DNA from: Aulosira sp. ZfuVER01
GTDB lineage: Bacteria; Cyanobacteriota; Cyanobacteriia; Cyanobacteriales; Nostocaceae
Direction of reading: 5' to 3'
NCBI GenBank assembly: GCA_034530615.2
Contig: JAVRCV020000053.1
Coordinates: 1-64,000, forward strand
Length of the DNA stretch: 64,000 bases
Part shown: positions 53,342-63,324 of the stretch, in pieces
Layout: every line of letters starts with the position of its first letter
Numbering within the stretch: the first letter of the stretch is position 1
Made by a program: the position numbers and the translations under genes
The notes under the pieces: model-generated
Told to the model about the DNA's origin: nothing
Databases searched by the model: none
The model's input: the letters and a program-made list of their open reading frames with translations, nothing else

Positions 53342-55564
53342 TTAGATTTTTTCCAAACGTGCGATCGCATTATAATCGGGTACTCCTTCTACAGAACGCT
53401 TGCTTTTATCTAGGAGTACATTTCCTTCGGGCCAATGTACCTGTAAATTTGCTGGTTGAATCGGTGCTAAATAAACTTTTCCCTGTAACTCGCCTAAATC
53501 ATTTTTAAGGATAATGCGATCGCCATCTTTTAATCCTAATTTTGCCGCATCAGAGGCATTCATTAACACTGCTTCTCGTAATGCCCCAGTAATCGCATCT
53601 TTGCGTTCTTGCACCATACTATTAAACTGCTTACCTCGACGGGTGGCGACAAAGAAACAACCTGCTGGTAATTGTTTTTGGGGTGGGGTTAATGGTGTAA
53701 AGTGGGCTTTGCCATCTGGTGTAGAGAAATTCCAGCCAAAGCACAAATGGGAACCACCATACTGAAATTGATCTCCCTGTTGCTGTAAGTGTTGAATTCC
53801 AGCATATTGGGGAACAACTTGAGCAATTTCTTGGCGGATAGCGGCGGTATCATCAAAATATAGCTTTTCTTTTAAATCAGGTCTGACTCTCCTGGCCAAT
53901 TCCATAAATACTTGCCATTCTGGACGTGCTTCCCCAATGCGCAGCCCGGGAATTTCGGGGCTAAAAATTACTCGGCGTTCGGTGCTAGTTTCTGTTACTC
54001 CTCCCGGTATTTCATAACGAGTTGTCGCAGGTAAAAGCACTACTGTATCTGCTGGTTCCACTAACATTTGGCTAGAAAGCACAATATCCATGTGTACTCG
54101 CAGTGGTATTTGTTTCAATGCAGCTTCTACATAATCCGGTTCTGGTAGAACTTCTAGAAAATTACCCCCAACAGAAAACAACACATCTAACTCTCCTTGA
54201 TGTGCTGCATTAATCATTTCTGGGGCGATTAAACCTGGAGTTGCAGGTACTTCAAAATCCCAAACCTGACTTAATTGGGTCGCATTTTCTGCTGTGATAG
54301 GCTTACCGCCAGGAAACACCGTAGCGTAACATCCCATTTCTGCACCACCTTGCACCCCAGAGTGTCCGCGAATTGGCATTAAACCGCAGCCTTCCCGACC
54401 GACAAAACCTTTAGTCAGTGCTAAGTTGATGATACTGCGGACATTATCTTCGCCGCATTCATGCTGAGTAATTCCCATACTCCAGACAAATACAGCTTTG
54501 TTAGCTTTTGCAACCATCTTGGCAAAGGCATACATTTCATCGCGAGTGGTTCCAGAAAGCCTTTCTAATTCTTCCCAAGATTGGCTTGCTAATACTGCCT
54601 TAAGTTCTTCAAAACCGCTTGTATATCTGTTAATAAACGACCGATCTACCCAGCCGTTGGCAATCATGTGCTTAATTGTACCGTTCAAAAATGCCATATC
54701 TCCGCCCAAGCTGACCAGAAAGAAATCTTCGGCAAACTTGGTGCCAAATAAAGCACTTTCGACAATTGAGGGAACCCAGTAGCGCTCCATTCCAGGCTCA
54801 CGGTAGGTGTTAATTACTACAATTTTTGTACCAGCTTTCTTGGCATAGTGGAGGTATTTAACGGTGACAGGCTGATTGTTAGCGACATTCGAGCCAATGA
54901 ATACCAATAAATCAGTACCAATCCAGTCTTTATAAGAACAAGTGGTAGCCCCTGCACCGAGAGTAGATTTCAAACCTGCGGTGCTGGGAGAATGACAAAT
55001 ACGGGCAGCATTATCAATATTGTTACTTCCCATTGCCCGCACGGCTTTCTGGGTAGCGTAGTAAGTTTCGTTAACAGTGCCGCGACTGGTAACGTAAAAG
55101 CTGAGGCGGTTTGGTGTGGTAGCACAAATACGATTGGCAATGACTTCTAGCGCTTCATCCCAACTAATACGCCGAAAACCTTTTTCTCCCCGTTGGCGAA
55201 TCATAGGGTAGGGAAGCCGTCCCAAATCGCGCAATTGAGCACTTTTTTGCGTTTGCAATGTGGAAATATCTGTTAGCAGCAACGGGTCAAAAGCTGGCAT
55301 AGTATTCATTTGTAAAAGCCGTAGCCTTACATTGCAGAGATGAATGCCATCAAGCGTCCAATCCTTCATCCCGGTAGTTCCCAAAGCACAGCCATCGCAA
55401 ACGCCTTTATTTAAAATATTCCATGCGTAAGGTAACTGCTTGCGAGACAACCAAATTGCCCGAAATACTTCCCAATAATTATTCGGGTACTGTTCGCCAA
55501 TACCAAAAGGCTTCCAACTAGCCCAGTGTGAAGGTGTCCAATATTTCTTGGGTTTAGGCAACAT
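53342..55564 (-). CDS. FdhF/YdeP family molybdopterin oxidoreductase
   Basis: GVCDGC, NAARICH, PIRGHSGVQG, TRRGKQFNS; near fdhD. Confidence 0.9.
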   Translation of the reverse strand: MLPKPKKYWTPSHWASWKPFGIGEQYPNNYWEVFRAIWLSRKQLPYAWNILNKGVCDGCALGTTGMKDWTLDGIHLCNVRLRLLQMNTMPAFDPLLLTDISTLQTQKSAQLRDLGRLPYPMIRQRGEKGFRRISWDEALEVIANRICATTPNRLSFYVTSRGTVNETYYATQKAVRAMGSNNIDNAARICHSPSTAGLKSTLGAGATTCSYKDWIGTDLLVFIGSNVANNQPVTVKYLHYAKKAGTKIVVINTYREPGMERYWVPSIVESALFGTKFAEDFFLVSLGGDMAFLNGTIKHMIANGWVDRSFINRYTSGFEELKAVLASQSWEELERLSGTTRDEMYAFAKMVAKANKAVFVWSMGITQHECGEDNVRSIINLALTKGFVGREGCGLMPIRGHSGVQGGAEMGCYATVFPGGKPITAENATQLSQVWDFEVPATPGLIAPEMINAAHQGELDVLFSVGGNFLEVLPEPDYVEAALKQIPLRVHMDIVLSSQMLVEPADTVVLLPATTRYEIPGGVTETSTERRVIFSPEIPGLRIGEARPEWQVFMELARRVRPDLKEKLYFDDTAAIRQEIAQVVPQYAGIQHLQQQGDQFQYGGSHLCFGWNFSTPDGKAHFTPLTPPQKQLPAGCFFVATRRGKQFNSMVQERKDAITGALREAVLMNASDAAKLGLKDGDRIILKNDLGELQGKVYLAPIQPANLQVHWPEGNVLLDKSKRSVEGVPDYNAIARLEKI

Positions 55565-55605
55565 GATGGGTATTTGCAAGTGAATAACCGCTACTTCCAG
55601 GCTAG

Positions 55606-55708
55606 TACCACTGCGCGGAATTCGTAATTCGTAATTTATAATTCGTAATTACCTTTTCATAAGGGTTACAGACATTTCTCATGGGTGGTTTATTTATGTC
55701 GTGCTGTA
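55606..55708. mobile_element. CTAG-flanked MITE-like element
   Basis: CTAG (55602-05)-TACC...GTGCTGTA-CTAG (55709-12); internal AATTCGT heptamers. Confidence 0.7.
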
Positions 55709-56224
55709 CTAGTGGTCTGTCTCATAAGTTATGAGGGTTAAATAAAACGAACCGCAAAGACGCGAAGTACACAAAGGAAGAGAAATAAAGAATGAGTTCA
55801 CTTCCTCATTAATTATGAAGTAATAATGAGTCCGTAGTCAGGACTTTAGCCCTGGATTTTCAAACAATAAAGTGCTTAAAAAATAAAAAATCGGTTTGCA
55901 AGAATGTTTCTTGCAACCGATATTAATATCAAGGAAGAATCTGAAACTCGCTAGTGTAGTATGGTAGAAATATCTAACCAAATGAAAATGGCTTAAATGC
56001 TCATCTTCATTTGGTTTTTCAATTTTCAATCCCGCCTAACAACACTAGTTTAATTAGCGAAATAGGCTGTCGTAACAGTGCTTTTACTGAAGGGGTGAAC
56101 TTACTCGTAGCGACAGGCAATAGTAAAACAACTTGGTGGTAGCTAAAACTTGAGATTAGGTCATTTTTGAAGAAATTCAACCGAATTTCTCTATTTAATG
56201 AATAGCCAATCTTATGGAAGGTAA

Positions 56225-56344
56225 TTAATTGTAACCCAATTTTTTAGGTCTGGGCAGGGTCAAGCAAATTCCGGTAGATAACATTGCACTAGCAGCACAA
56301 GCAATTAAGACTACTTGGAAAACATCACTAAAATTAGAAATCAT
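56225..56344 (-). CDS. 39-aa hydrophobic small protein, absent from ORF track
   Basis: MISNFSDVFQVVLIACAASAMLSTGICLTLPRPKKLGYN; GAGGTG RBS 6 nt upstream of ATG. Confidence 0.6.
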   Translation of the reverse strand: MISNFSDVFQVVLIACAASAMLSTGICLTLPRPKKLGYN

Positions 56345-56670
56345 TTTTGTCACCTCAATTTTTGGATTTTGAGTAGGTGGTTTGTGTGCGTGTCTATAAT
56401 TACTCTTTTTTTTTGAATTGGCAAGTTTTTAGATCTGTTTTTTTTCAAAAAAATCATTTAGATAATTAATAGAGTATAAACACGGTAAAAAACTAGTGTT
56501 TATATTTACAATGATGTTTCTAAAGAACAAAATTTGCCTCTGAATTTATAAATTACATTTCAATAAACGTAATTCAATTTTGCAAATTATTTCTTATAAA
56601 GTCTCATAGCTTTTACTGATAGAGAAATTACAGGCTTGCTAGTTTTAGTAACTTGCAGCTTTGTTTCAGC

Positions 56671-58224
56671 CTAGTTAAGCAAGTATCCCGCAGCTAGAGA
56701 ATGATAAGCTGCAATTTGCTGTTGTTGCCAAACATTGTCTCGCTCTAGTTCTTCCGCCAAAATTTCTGCAACACGAGGGGCTGCTTCCATACTGGCGATC
56801 GCATCGAGCAAGAGCGATCGCGTCCGTCGTGCTAGTATATCCTCTACTGTGCGTGCTAGTTCATAGCGGGTAGCCCAGCGTACTTGTGCCTCTAAGTAAG
56901 GCAATCGGGGATGCAATAGTGTATCAGCGCCAGGCAATTCTTGGATACTGACTGCATCATTACCATAAACATCGAGAGGAGCTGCTGACGGAGTTTGAGT
57001 CCAGCCGTGTAAATGCAAGTTGGCAGTAATTGAGGGATGAGGAGAGAGATTTGCAAGCGGGATGGCGCGGTTGACTACGTCTTCACCCATCTTGCGATAA
57101 GTTGTCCATTTACCACCAGTAATTGTTAGCAATCCCGAAGCAGAAACAGAAATTACGTGTTCGCGGGAAAGGGCGGCGGTTGACTTGGTTTTTTCTGCTT
57201 TTACTAACGGGCGCTGTCCGACAAATATACTTAATACATCCCCAGAAGTGGGAGCAGGTGTGAGATATTGAGCGGCGGTGTGCAAAATAAAGTCAATTTC
57301 CGCTGGAAGTGGACGGGGTTCATATTCGGTATTTTCTACTGGGGTGTCAGTAGTGCCAATCACTACCTTTCCATGCCAAGGAACGGCAAACAACACTCGC
57401 CCATCAGCAGTTTTGGGAATCATCATGGCGCTGTCATTTGGTAAAAACCGCTTGTCCACGACAATATGCGCTCCTTGGCTGGGAGATAACATAGCTGATA
57501 CTTGCGGATCGTCCATACGCCGCACATCATCTACAAATACTCCTGTGGCATTGACTACAACCTTTGCTTTTAACTCAAAAGTTTCCCCTGTTTCAGCATC
57601 ACAAGCACGCACACCCTGCACTCGTTCCCCTTGCTTGAGCAAACCTATGACTGGCAGATAATTTAAGGCTACACCGTTGTAATCTAGCAAGGTTTGTAGC
57701 AGAGTAATGGCGAGGCGTGCATCATCAAATTGCCCATCATGGTAAATAACTCCTCCCCGCAGTCTGTCGGTTTTGAGAGTTGGGATGTGCGATCGCGTAT
57801 CTTGTTCGCTAAGAAAACGACTATGACCTAAACTCAAACGACCGGAAAGTAAATCGTAAATCTTTAAACCCGTACCATAAAAAAGCTGAGACCACCAAGT
57901 ATATCCCGGTACGACAAACTTTAGATCGTTTACTAGATGAGGAGCATTGCGGCGAAGCAGTCCCCGTTCGTGTAGCGCTTCCCGTACCAAAGCGATGTTT
58001 CCTTGCGCCAGATATCGCACTCCCCCATGAACTAGCTTAGTCGAACGGCTGGAGGTGGCTTTGGCAAAGTCATATTTTTCTAAAAGTAGTGTTCGGTAGC
58101 CACGAGTTGCTGCTTCGATTGCTGTACCCAAACCCGTTGCACCACCACCAATGACAATAAAATCCCACTCATCGGATTGGCGAAGTGAAGCAATTAGATC
58201 CTGACGAGTTGGGGGTATTTTCAC
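56671..58224 (-). CDS. glpD: FAD-dependent glycerol-3-phosphate dehydrogenase
   Basis: IGGGATG, TSSRSTKLVHGGVRYL, DGQFDDAR, GGKWTTYR; AGGAG RBS. Confidence 0.95.
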   Translation of the reverse strand: MKIPPTRQDLIASLRQSDEWDFIVIGGGATGLGTAIEAATRGYRTLLLEKYDFAKATSSRSTKLVHGGVRYLAQGNIALVREALHERGLLRRNAPHLVNDLKFVVPGYTWWSQLFYGTGLKIYDLLSGRLSLGHSRFLSEQDTRSHIPTLKTDRLRGGVIYHDGQFDDARLAITLLQTLLDYNGVALNYLPVIGLLKQGERVQGVRACDAETGETFELKAKVVVNATGVFVDDVRRMDDPQVSAMLSPSQGAHIVVDKRFLPNDSAMMIPKTADGRVLFAVPWHGKVVIGTTDTPVENTEYEPRPLPAEIDFILHTAAQYLTPAPTSGDVLSIFVGQRPLVKAEKTKSTAALSREHVISVSASGLLTITGGKWTTYRKMGEDVVNRAIPLANLSPHPSITANLHLHGWTQTPSAAPLDVYGNDAVSIQELPGADTLLHPRLPYLEAQVRWATRYELARTVEDILARRTRSLLLDAIASMEAAPRVAEILAEELERDNVWQQQQIAAYHSLAAGYLLN

Positions 58225-58257
58225 AATAGGTTCTCCTGAAATTGTGTTTACACTAAC

Positions 58258-58346
58258 TTCGATTCGCCAAGTAGTAACCCGTACCGTAGCATGTGGGCAT
58301 GAACAGGGAAAATTAGACCAGCCGACTCACCAGCCCGCTTAACAAT
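58258..58346 (-). pseudogene. Frameshifted fragment of a tyrosine recombinase (FimB/XerC-like box II)
   Basis: IVKRAGESAGLIFPVHAHMLR, then GYYLANR in a shifted frame. Confidence 0.75.
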
Positions 58347-58423
58347 TCGGAACCACCAAAGAGCCAAAATTTTTAGAATTTTCAGATGATAGTATCAACA
58401 TCAGCTTTTTGATTCACATTTGT

Positions 58424-58459
58424 TCTTTCTAAGGGTACAAGTCTTTCTAAGGGTACAAG
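58424..58459. repeat. Perfect 18-bp tandem duplication TCTTTCTAAGGGTACAAG
   Basis: Copies at 58424-41 and 58442-59. Confidence 0.9.
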
Positions 58460-58576
58460 ACTAATAAATAAAAATCGTGCAAGTTAGGAATAGAGCAATA
58501 AAGATAGATTAAGCTGTTGTTCTTAATTGCATCGGCTCTAGCTTGAAATCTCATATTTAATACAGGAAAGATTATC

Positions 58577-58810
58577 ATGACACAGCAAAATGCTGCCCAA
58601 CTTTTGAAGGCTGTGAAGGAAAATCAAGCATTAAAAGAAAGACTAAAAGCAACAGAGAACCCAGAAGCCTTTGTTAAGATCGCTAAAGAGAGCGGCTATG
58701 ATTTCTCAGAGGAAGAACTAGAAAGAGAAATTAGCCAATTATCAGATGAAGATTTGGCAGCCATTGTCAATCCTGGCTGGGGAACTAGACGACACATTCA
58801 TCCTAGATAA
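58577..58810 (+). CDS. Nif11-like leader peptide family protein (putative RiPP precursor)
   Basis: LKERLKA...FVKIAKESGYDFSEEEL...LSDEDLAAI leader pattern; AGGA RBS. Confidence 0.88.
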   Translation: MTQQNAAQLLKAVKENQALKERLKATENPEAFVKIAKESGYDFSEEELEREISQLSDEDLAAIVNPGWGTRRHIHPR

Positions 58811-58860
58811 ATGAAAAACAACTCGCGCTGTTGAGACTGGGTGTAAGCTGCTTAGTTCAA

Positions 58861-60345
58861 TTATCTGTGTCGCGCTTGAGCGATCGCCTGATGCCATGAA
58901 TCTAGTAGTGTCTCTCGATAGTCAGTGCTGATTTTCGGCTCAAAGCGTTTTTCCAGTTGCCATTGCTGTAAAATTTCGGCTTCGCTTTCCCAGTATCCAA
59001 CGGCTAGCCCTGCCAAATAAGCTGCTCCCAAGGCAGTAGTTTCCGTGATTTTGGGACGAACAACGGCCACACCCAAAATATCTGCTTGGAATTGCATTAG
59101 CAAGTCATTGCGGGATGCACCACCGTCTACCCGCAGTTCTGAAAGATCGAGATGAGAGTCTTGACGCATCGCTTCAATTACATCAGCCGTTTGATAGGCA
59201 ATGCTTTCCAGGGCTGCACGGGCGATATGAGCGCTAGTTGAGCCGCGAGTTAAGCCTGCGATCGTACCGCGAGCATAACTATCCCAATAAGGTGCGCCCA
59301 AGCCGACGAATGCAGGTACAAAATACACGCCACCGTTATCAGGAACGCTAGTAGCCAAAGCTTCCACATCAGCGCTGTGCTTGATAATGCCCAGCCCATC
59401 GCGCAGCCATTGCACAACAGCCCCAGCAATGAAAACGCTACCTTCCAAAGCATAATCAATCCGTTCATTGATACGCCAGGCGATCGTTGTCAGCAGCTTG
59501 TTCTGGGATAGTATGGGCTGATTACCTGTATTCAGCAACATAAAGCAACCCGTACCGTAAGTATTTTTCGCCATACCAGATTGTAATGATGCTTGTCCAA
59601 ATGTTGCTGCCTGTTGGTCTCCGGCAATTCCAGCAATGGGAATGCGACTACCAAAAAGTCCTTCGGATGTATGCCCATACACCTCTGATGAACTCCGTAC
59701 TTGAGGGAGAAGAGAACGGGGAATATTCAGAATGGACAGCAATTCATCATCCCAATCCAGGCTGTGAATATTGAATAGCAGAGTACGGCTAGCGTTAGTT
59801 GCATCTGTAATATGCAGTTCCCCTTCAGTTAGCTTCCAAATCAACCAGCTATCGACAGTTCCAAATGCTAGTTCTCCACGCTCGGCTTTTTCACGAGCAT
59901 CAGGTACATTATCAAGCAACCATTTCAGTTTCGTACCGCTAAAGTACGCATCTATTACCAGTCCCGTTTTCTGCTGGAATGTTGCTTCATACCCAGCTAC
60001 CTTAAGTTCATCGCAGTCAGCAGCAGTGCGGCGATCTTGCCAAACGATCGCATTATGAATCGGCTTACCTGTTTTGCGCTCCCAAACTATTGTAGTTTCC
60101 CGTTGATTAGTAATGCCAATCGCAGCAATATCGCTAGCGCGGATACCAATACGAGCTAAAGCTTCATTAGCAACACCAATTTGAGATGACCAAATTTCCT
60201 CAGCATCATGTTCTACCCAAGCCTGCTGGGGAAAAATTTGTGGAAACTCTTTCTGAGCAACACTTAGTATCTCAGCGTTACGGTTGAAAACAATGGCGCG
60301 GGAGCTAGTAGTGCCTTGGTCAAAAGCCAGAATATATTTACTCAT
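58861..60345 (-). CDS. glpK: Glycerol kinase
   Basis: [32 protein letters not shown]. Confidence 0.97.
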   Translation of the reverse strand: MSKYILAFDQGTTSSRAIVFNRNAEILSVAQKEFPQIFPQQAWVEHDAEEIWSSQIGVANEALARIGIRASDIAAIGITNQRETTIVWERKTGKPIHNAIVWQDRRTAADCDELKVAGYEATFQQKTGLVIDAYFSGTKLKWLLDNVPDAREKAERGELAFGTVDSWLIWKLTEGELHITDATNASRTLLFNIHSLDWDDELLSILNIPRSLLPQVRSSSEVYGHTSEGLFGSRIPIAGIAGDQQAATFGQASLQSGMAKNTYGTGCFMLLNTGNQPILSQNKLLTTIAWRINERIDYALEGSVFIAGAVVQWLRDGLGIIKHSADVEALATSVPDNGGVYFVPAFVGLGAPYWDSYARGTIAGLTRGSTSAHIARAALESIAYQTADVIEAMRQDSHLDLSELRVDGGASRNDLLMQFQADILGVAVVRPKITETTALGAAYLAGLAVGYWESEAEILQQWQLEKRFEPKISTDYRETLLDSWHQAIAQARHR

Positions 60346-60551
60346 AAGATATATCTCAAATTTATTTGTAATTCAGAACCAGGCAAACACCTTGATTTAA
60401 TATTAAGAATGATAAAACATAATTGGTGTTGTGAAATATAATAATTAACTGTATCTATTTATTGGTTTATAGCATTGATTGAATGAACTAATAATCGCAT
60501 TTTTCCAGTAAAGCAAAAAGGCATCGGATATCGTATCAAGATTAAAAGTTA

Positions 60552-60621
60552 TACCAATTTATGAACAGCCTGATACATATAGATTTTTCGTAGTAAGGGT
60601 TTAGCAATGCTAAACCCTTAC
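60552..60621 (+). repeat. Partial TACCA-family element with REP-like palindrome
   Basis: TTA-TACCAATTT start; GTAAGGGTTTAGCA-A-TGCTAAACCCTTAC perfect palindrome. Confidence 0.7.
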
Positions 60622-60661
60622 CCGTGTATAACGCAGTTACGCTAAATAAACAATTACTAGA

Positions 60662-61486
60662 CTACAGCTTTTGAGCAATATGAAAAGCAGAGATATATGA
60701 AAGCTGAAGGCTGCCTTGAAATTCATCTTCTATCCTTTGTCTTAAAGCTGCAAATAGGGAATCTTTAATTTGTGGCTCTAATTTCAGGTAAGGCGAGTAA
60801 GTATTTAAAAGCATTAAATACTCATCTACTGTATAGCTGACTTCAGATATAATTTGTTCAGATTTAAAGTTTTTGAATTGTCCTGAATCAATCACAAAGC
60901 TTCCTAATTGTCTTAAAATATTTTCTTGAGTTTCTCTATCTTCATATTTATCAAGGACTGGAGCATATAATTGATAGACTTCAGATAAGCGTTTATACAC
61001 TTGATAGCTTGGTTGCAGTTCCTTATTCCATAATAAAATCAGATGACCGCCTTCTTTTAGAGCATTGGCTGCTTTGGCATATCCGATTTCCGGTGATATC
61101 CAATGAAAAGAACTTGCTGCTAAAACAGCATCAAATTCCAGAGCATTTAATGCCCATTCTTCAAAAGATGTGTTTTGAATTTTGACATTGGAATAAGGTT
61201 GACAATTATTTTGAGCTAACTCAAAAAAATCTGGATTGGGTTCTAAACACATCATAGAACAACCCAAATGCGCCAACCCTACTGTTGCAGTTGCAGGGCC
61301 ACATCCCACCTCCAAAATTTTTGAATTAGAGGTTAGTTGAGCAACCTCTACAACTTGACTAATTAAATCTTGAGGATAGCGAGGTCTTACTTTGTTGTAA
61401 GCCTCTGCTGCGGGAGAATACCAATTTTTACGCTGTTCTAAATCTCTGCTGGAATAACTAATAATTGTTTGTTTTAAGTCTTCCAT
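60662..61486 (-). CDS. Class I SAM-dependent methyltransferase
   Basis: RPRYP, LEVGCGPA, FDAVLAASSFHW. Confidence 0.9.
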   Translation of the reverse strand: MEDLKQTIISYSSRDLEQRKNWYSPAAEAYNKVRPRYPQDLISQVVEVAQLTSNSKILEVGCGPATATVGLAHLGCSMMCLEPNPDFFELAQNNCQPYSNVKIQNTSFEEWALNALEFDAVLAASSFHWISPEIGYAKAANALKEGGHLILLWNKELQPSYQVYKRLSEVYQLYAPVLDKYEDRETQENILRQLGSFVIDSGQFKNFKSEQIISEVSYTVDEYLMLLNTYSPYLKLEPQIKDSLFAALRQRIEDEFQGSLQLSYISAFHIAQKL

Positions 61487-61527
61487 CAATTCAAGCCTAA
61501 ATAGATGCGTAATATCTATTATCTTCT

Positions 61528-62196
61528 TTACAAATTTTTGCTCAATGGTGAATCACTGTAGTGTGCTAACAAATCAGCAGGATCGTTATAGATAGCTTTA
61601 GCTCCCGCCAAAGTGGAATCGTCAAAGCCGCCACAGCGCATTGCAATTAAACCGACTCCCGCCTTACCCGCAGATTTGATATCGTAAGGCGTATCGCCCA
61701 GCATCAAAACTTGGTTAGGCTCCATATTCAATTTATTAAGTGCCGCTTCTACAATATCGGGTGCTGGTTTAGAAGTTTCCGCATCGCTTGATGTTGTCGT
61801 TTCTTGGAGTAAGTCATCAACCTGAGCAGCTTTGAGCAGCGTCTCCATTTCTTCATTTGACGCTGAACTAGCGACAATTAGCCGCAACCCAAGCTGCTGC
61901 ATGTGTTGTAATAATTCCCTAGAACCATTAGCTGGTGAGAGTTTTGGTGCGTAGTTATTCAGAAATATTTTTCTGCGTCGTTGAGCGATCGCTTTTCCAT
62001 CGCCTTCTTCATCCGTCAGTCCTGGTACCACTCGTGGTAAAAGTTGATCGCCACCCATACCAATTAATGGTCGTACTTGCTCGAAGGATACATCATAACC
62101 AAATTCTTTAAATGCATCTACCCAAGAATGAGCATGAGCATCATTGCTTAAGACAAGCGTCCCATCGATATCTAAAAGTACTGCTTGCAATTCCAT
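61528..62196 (-). CDS. HAD family hydrolase
   Basis: LDIDGTL, SKPAPD, GDTPYD. Confidence 0.92.
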   Translation of the reverse strand: MELQAVLLDIDGTLVLSNDAHAHSWVDAFKEFGYDVSFEQVRPLIGMGGDQLLPRVVPGLTDEEGDGKAIAQRRRKIFLNNYAPKLSPANGSRELLQHMQQLGLRLIVASSASNEEMETLLKAAQVDDLLQETTTSSDAETSKPAPDIVEAALNKLNMEPNQVLMLGDTPYDIKSAGKAGVGLIAMRCGGFDDSTLAGAKAIYNDPADLLAHYSDSPLSKNL

Positions 62197-62478
62197 TGCC
62201 AATTTCCTATGAATAAAAATTCATAATAGTTAATTATTCTATTGCTACGTTGTTAACTCATCGCCCTACAGAGGTAAGAGAAATTTCAATAATATTTAGT
62301 TAAGTCAATAGATCTCAGCGATCAGTCTAATCTATCAGAAGGTCTATATTAAAACTATGATTAACTCAATGCTTCTAGAGGTAGAATTTCACCTAGTTTT
62401 TATTTCAGCTAATCCAGCATGGACTTTTACTAAGTGAGATCGGGGTAAATTCGACCTCATCAATTTTCTAGAATTTTG

Positions 62479-62721
62479 TTAACGAGATTCTGTTCCTTGA
62501 TTGGGAAGACCAGGTGTTGTTACAGTACCTCCAGCAGCTTCAGGATCGGAACCCTGACGAGCGTCAGTACCTGATTCTTGACCAGTCATACGATATCTTT
62601 CATCAAGAGGAGTATTACCTTCTTCCGTAGTTGCTACAGTCGTTTGAGTTCCAGGGTTATCTTGAGAGTCGTATTTACCTTCTTCTTGCCGATTGTCAGG
62701 AGGAGGAGTTTTGGATGTCAT
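62479..62721 (-). CDS. Small acidic, probably disordered hypothetical protein
   Basis: 80-aa ATG ORF with AAGG RBS, rich in T/G/E/P. Confidence 0.7.
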   Translation of the reverse strand: MTSKTPPPDNRQEEGKYDSQDNPGTQTTVATTEEGNTPLDERYRMTGQESGTDARQGSDPEAAGGTVTTPGLPNQGTESR

Positions 62722-63294
62722 ACATTTGTACCTTTTTAACAGGTTATTATCTAAGATTAGTTTTCAGCGTCCTGTAAGTTTTCTATCCTGAAGTATGACT
62801 TCTAACTAATTTGGAAGACAACCTGAAACACAAGCGATCGCACTTAGTAGGCTCGGCTACAATCAGGCTTAATATTGTTTCTAAACTTTCTACTGTTGAT
62901 TGTCTATTTGGAATATCATTGCTGGCATTCGCTAGTTAACTTCTTTTCAAAACAAGTGTTTAAGCAACACTACTCATCTTAAAAACACTTGAGATTTTTA
63001 TGATAAAAATTTAAAGCCGATAAAAATTACACTCTCACTCATAAAAACCTAACGCCATGCTTGAACCTGAATATTACACTGCATTAAATGAAAAATATAT
63101 ACATTAAACAATCATAGTTATGTGTAACATTCTATTGTATACTGCACTACAAATAAATTTGATCAAAACTTATAATTTTATCTGTCTTTAGCTTGAATAT
63201 TTTTAACTTAAATCAAATATAAGATTATTGAAACCTGCTAAACAACTGGTTTAAGCTCATAGCACCTAAGAATCAGACATTAGCTCCTAATAAC

Positions 63295-63324
63295 AAAGGG
63301 GTGCAAATAATTGCACCCCTTTTT
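63295..63324. terminator. Orphan terminator hairpin
   Basis: AAAGGGGTGCAA-ATAA-TTGCACCCCTTT followed by TT. Confidence 0.7.

Noticed and set aside
56021..56180. Possible degenerate duplicate of the 39-aa ORF
   Set aside because: The ATG is followed by a stop after two codons and the similarity is too weak to separate from chance
124..60058. Many short ORFs overlapping long genes on the opposite strand or in other frames
   Set aside because: Shadow ORFs of well-supported genes with no recognisable motifs
14952..60345. Glucosylglycerol pathway linking the GH65 gene with glpK/glpD
   Set aside because: Genes are about 40 kb apart and GH65 specificity cannot be determined from sequence
70..62841. 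Abundant GCGATCGC octamers
   Set aside because: Ordinary cyanobacterial HIP1; useful for taxonomy only
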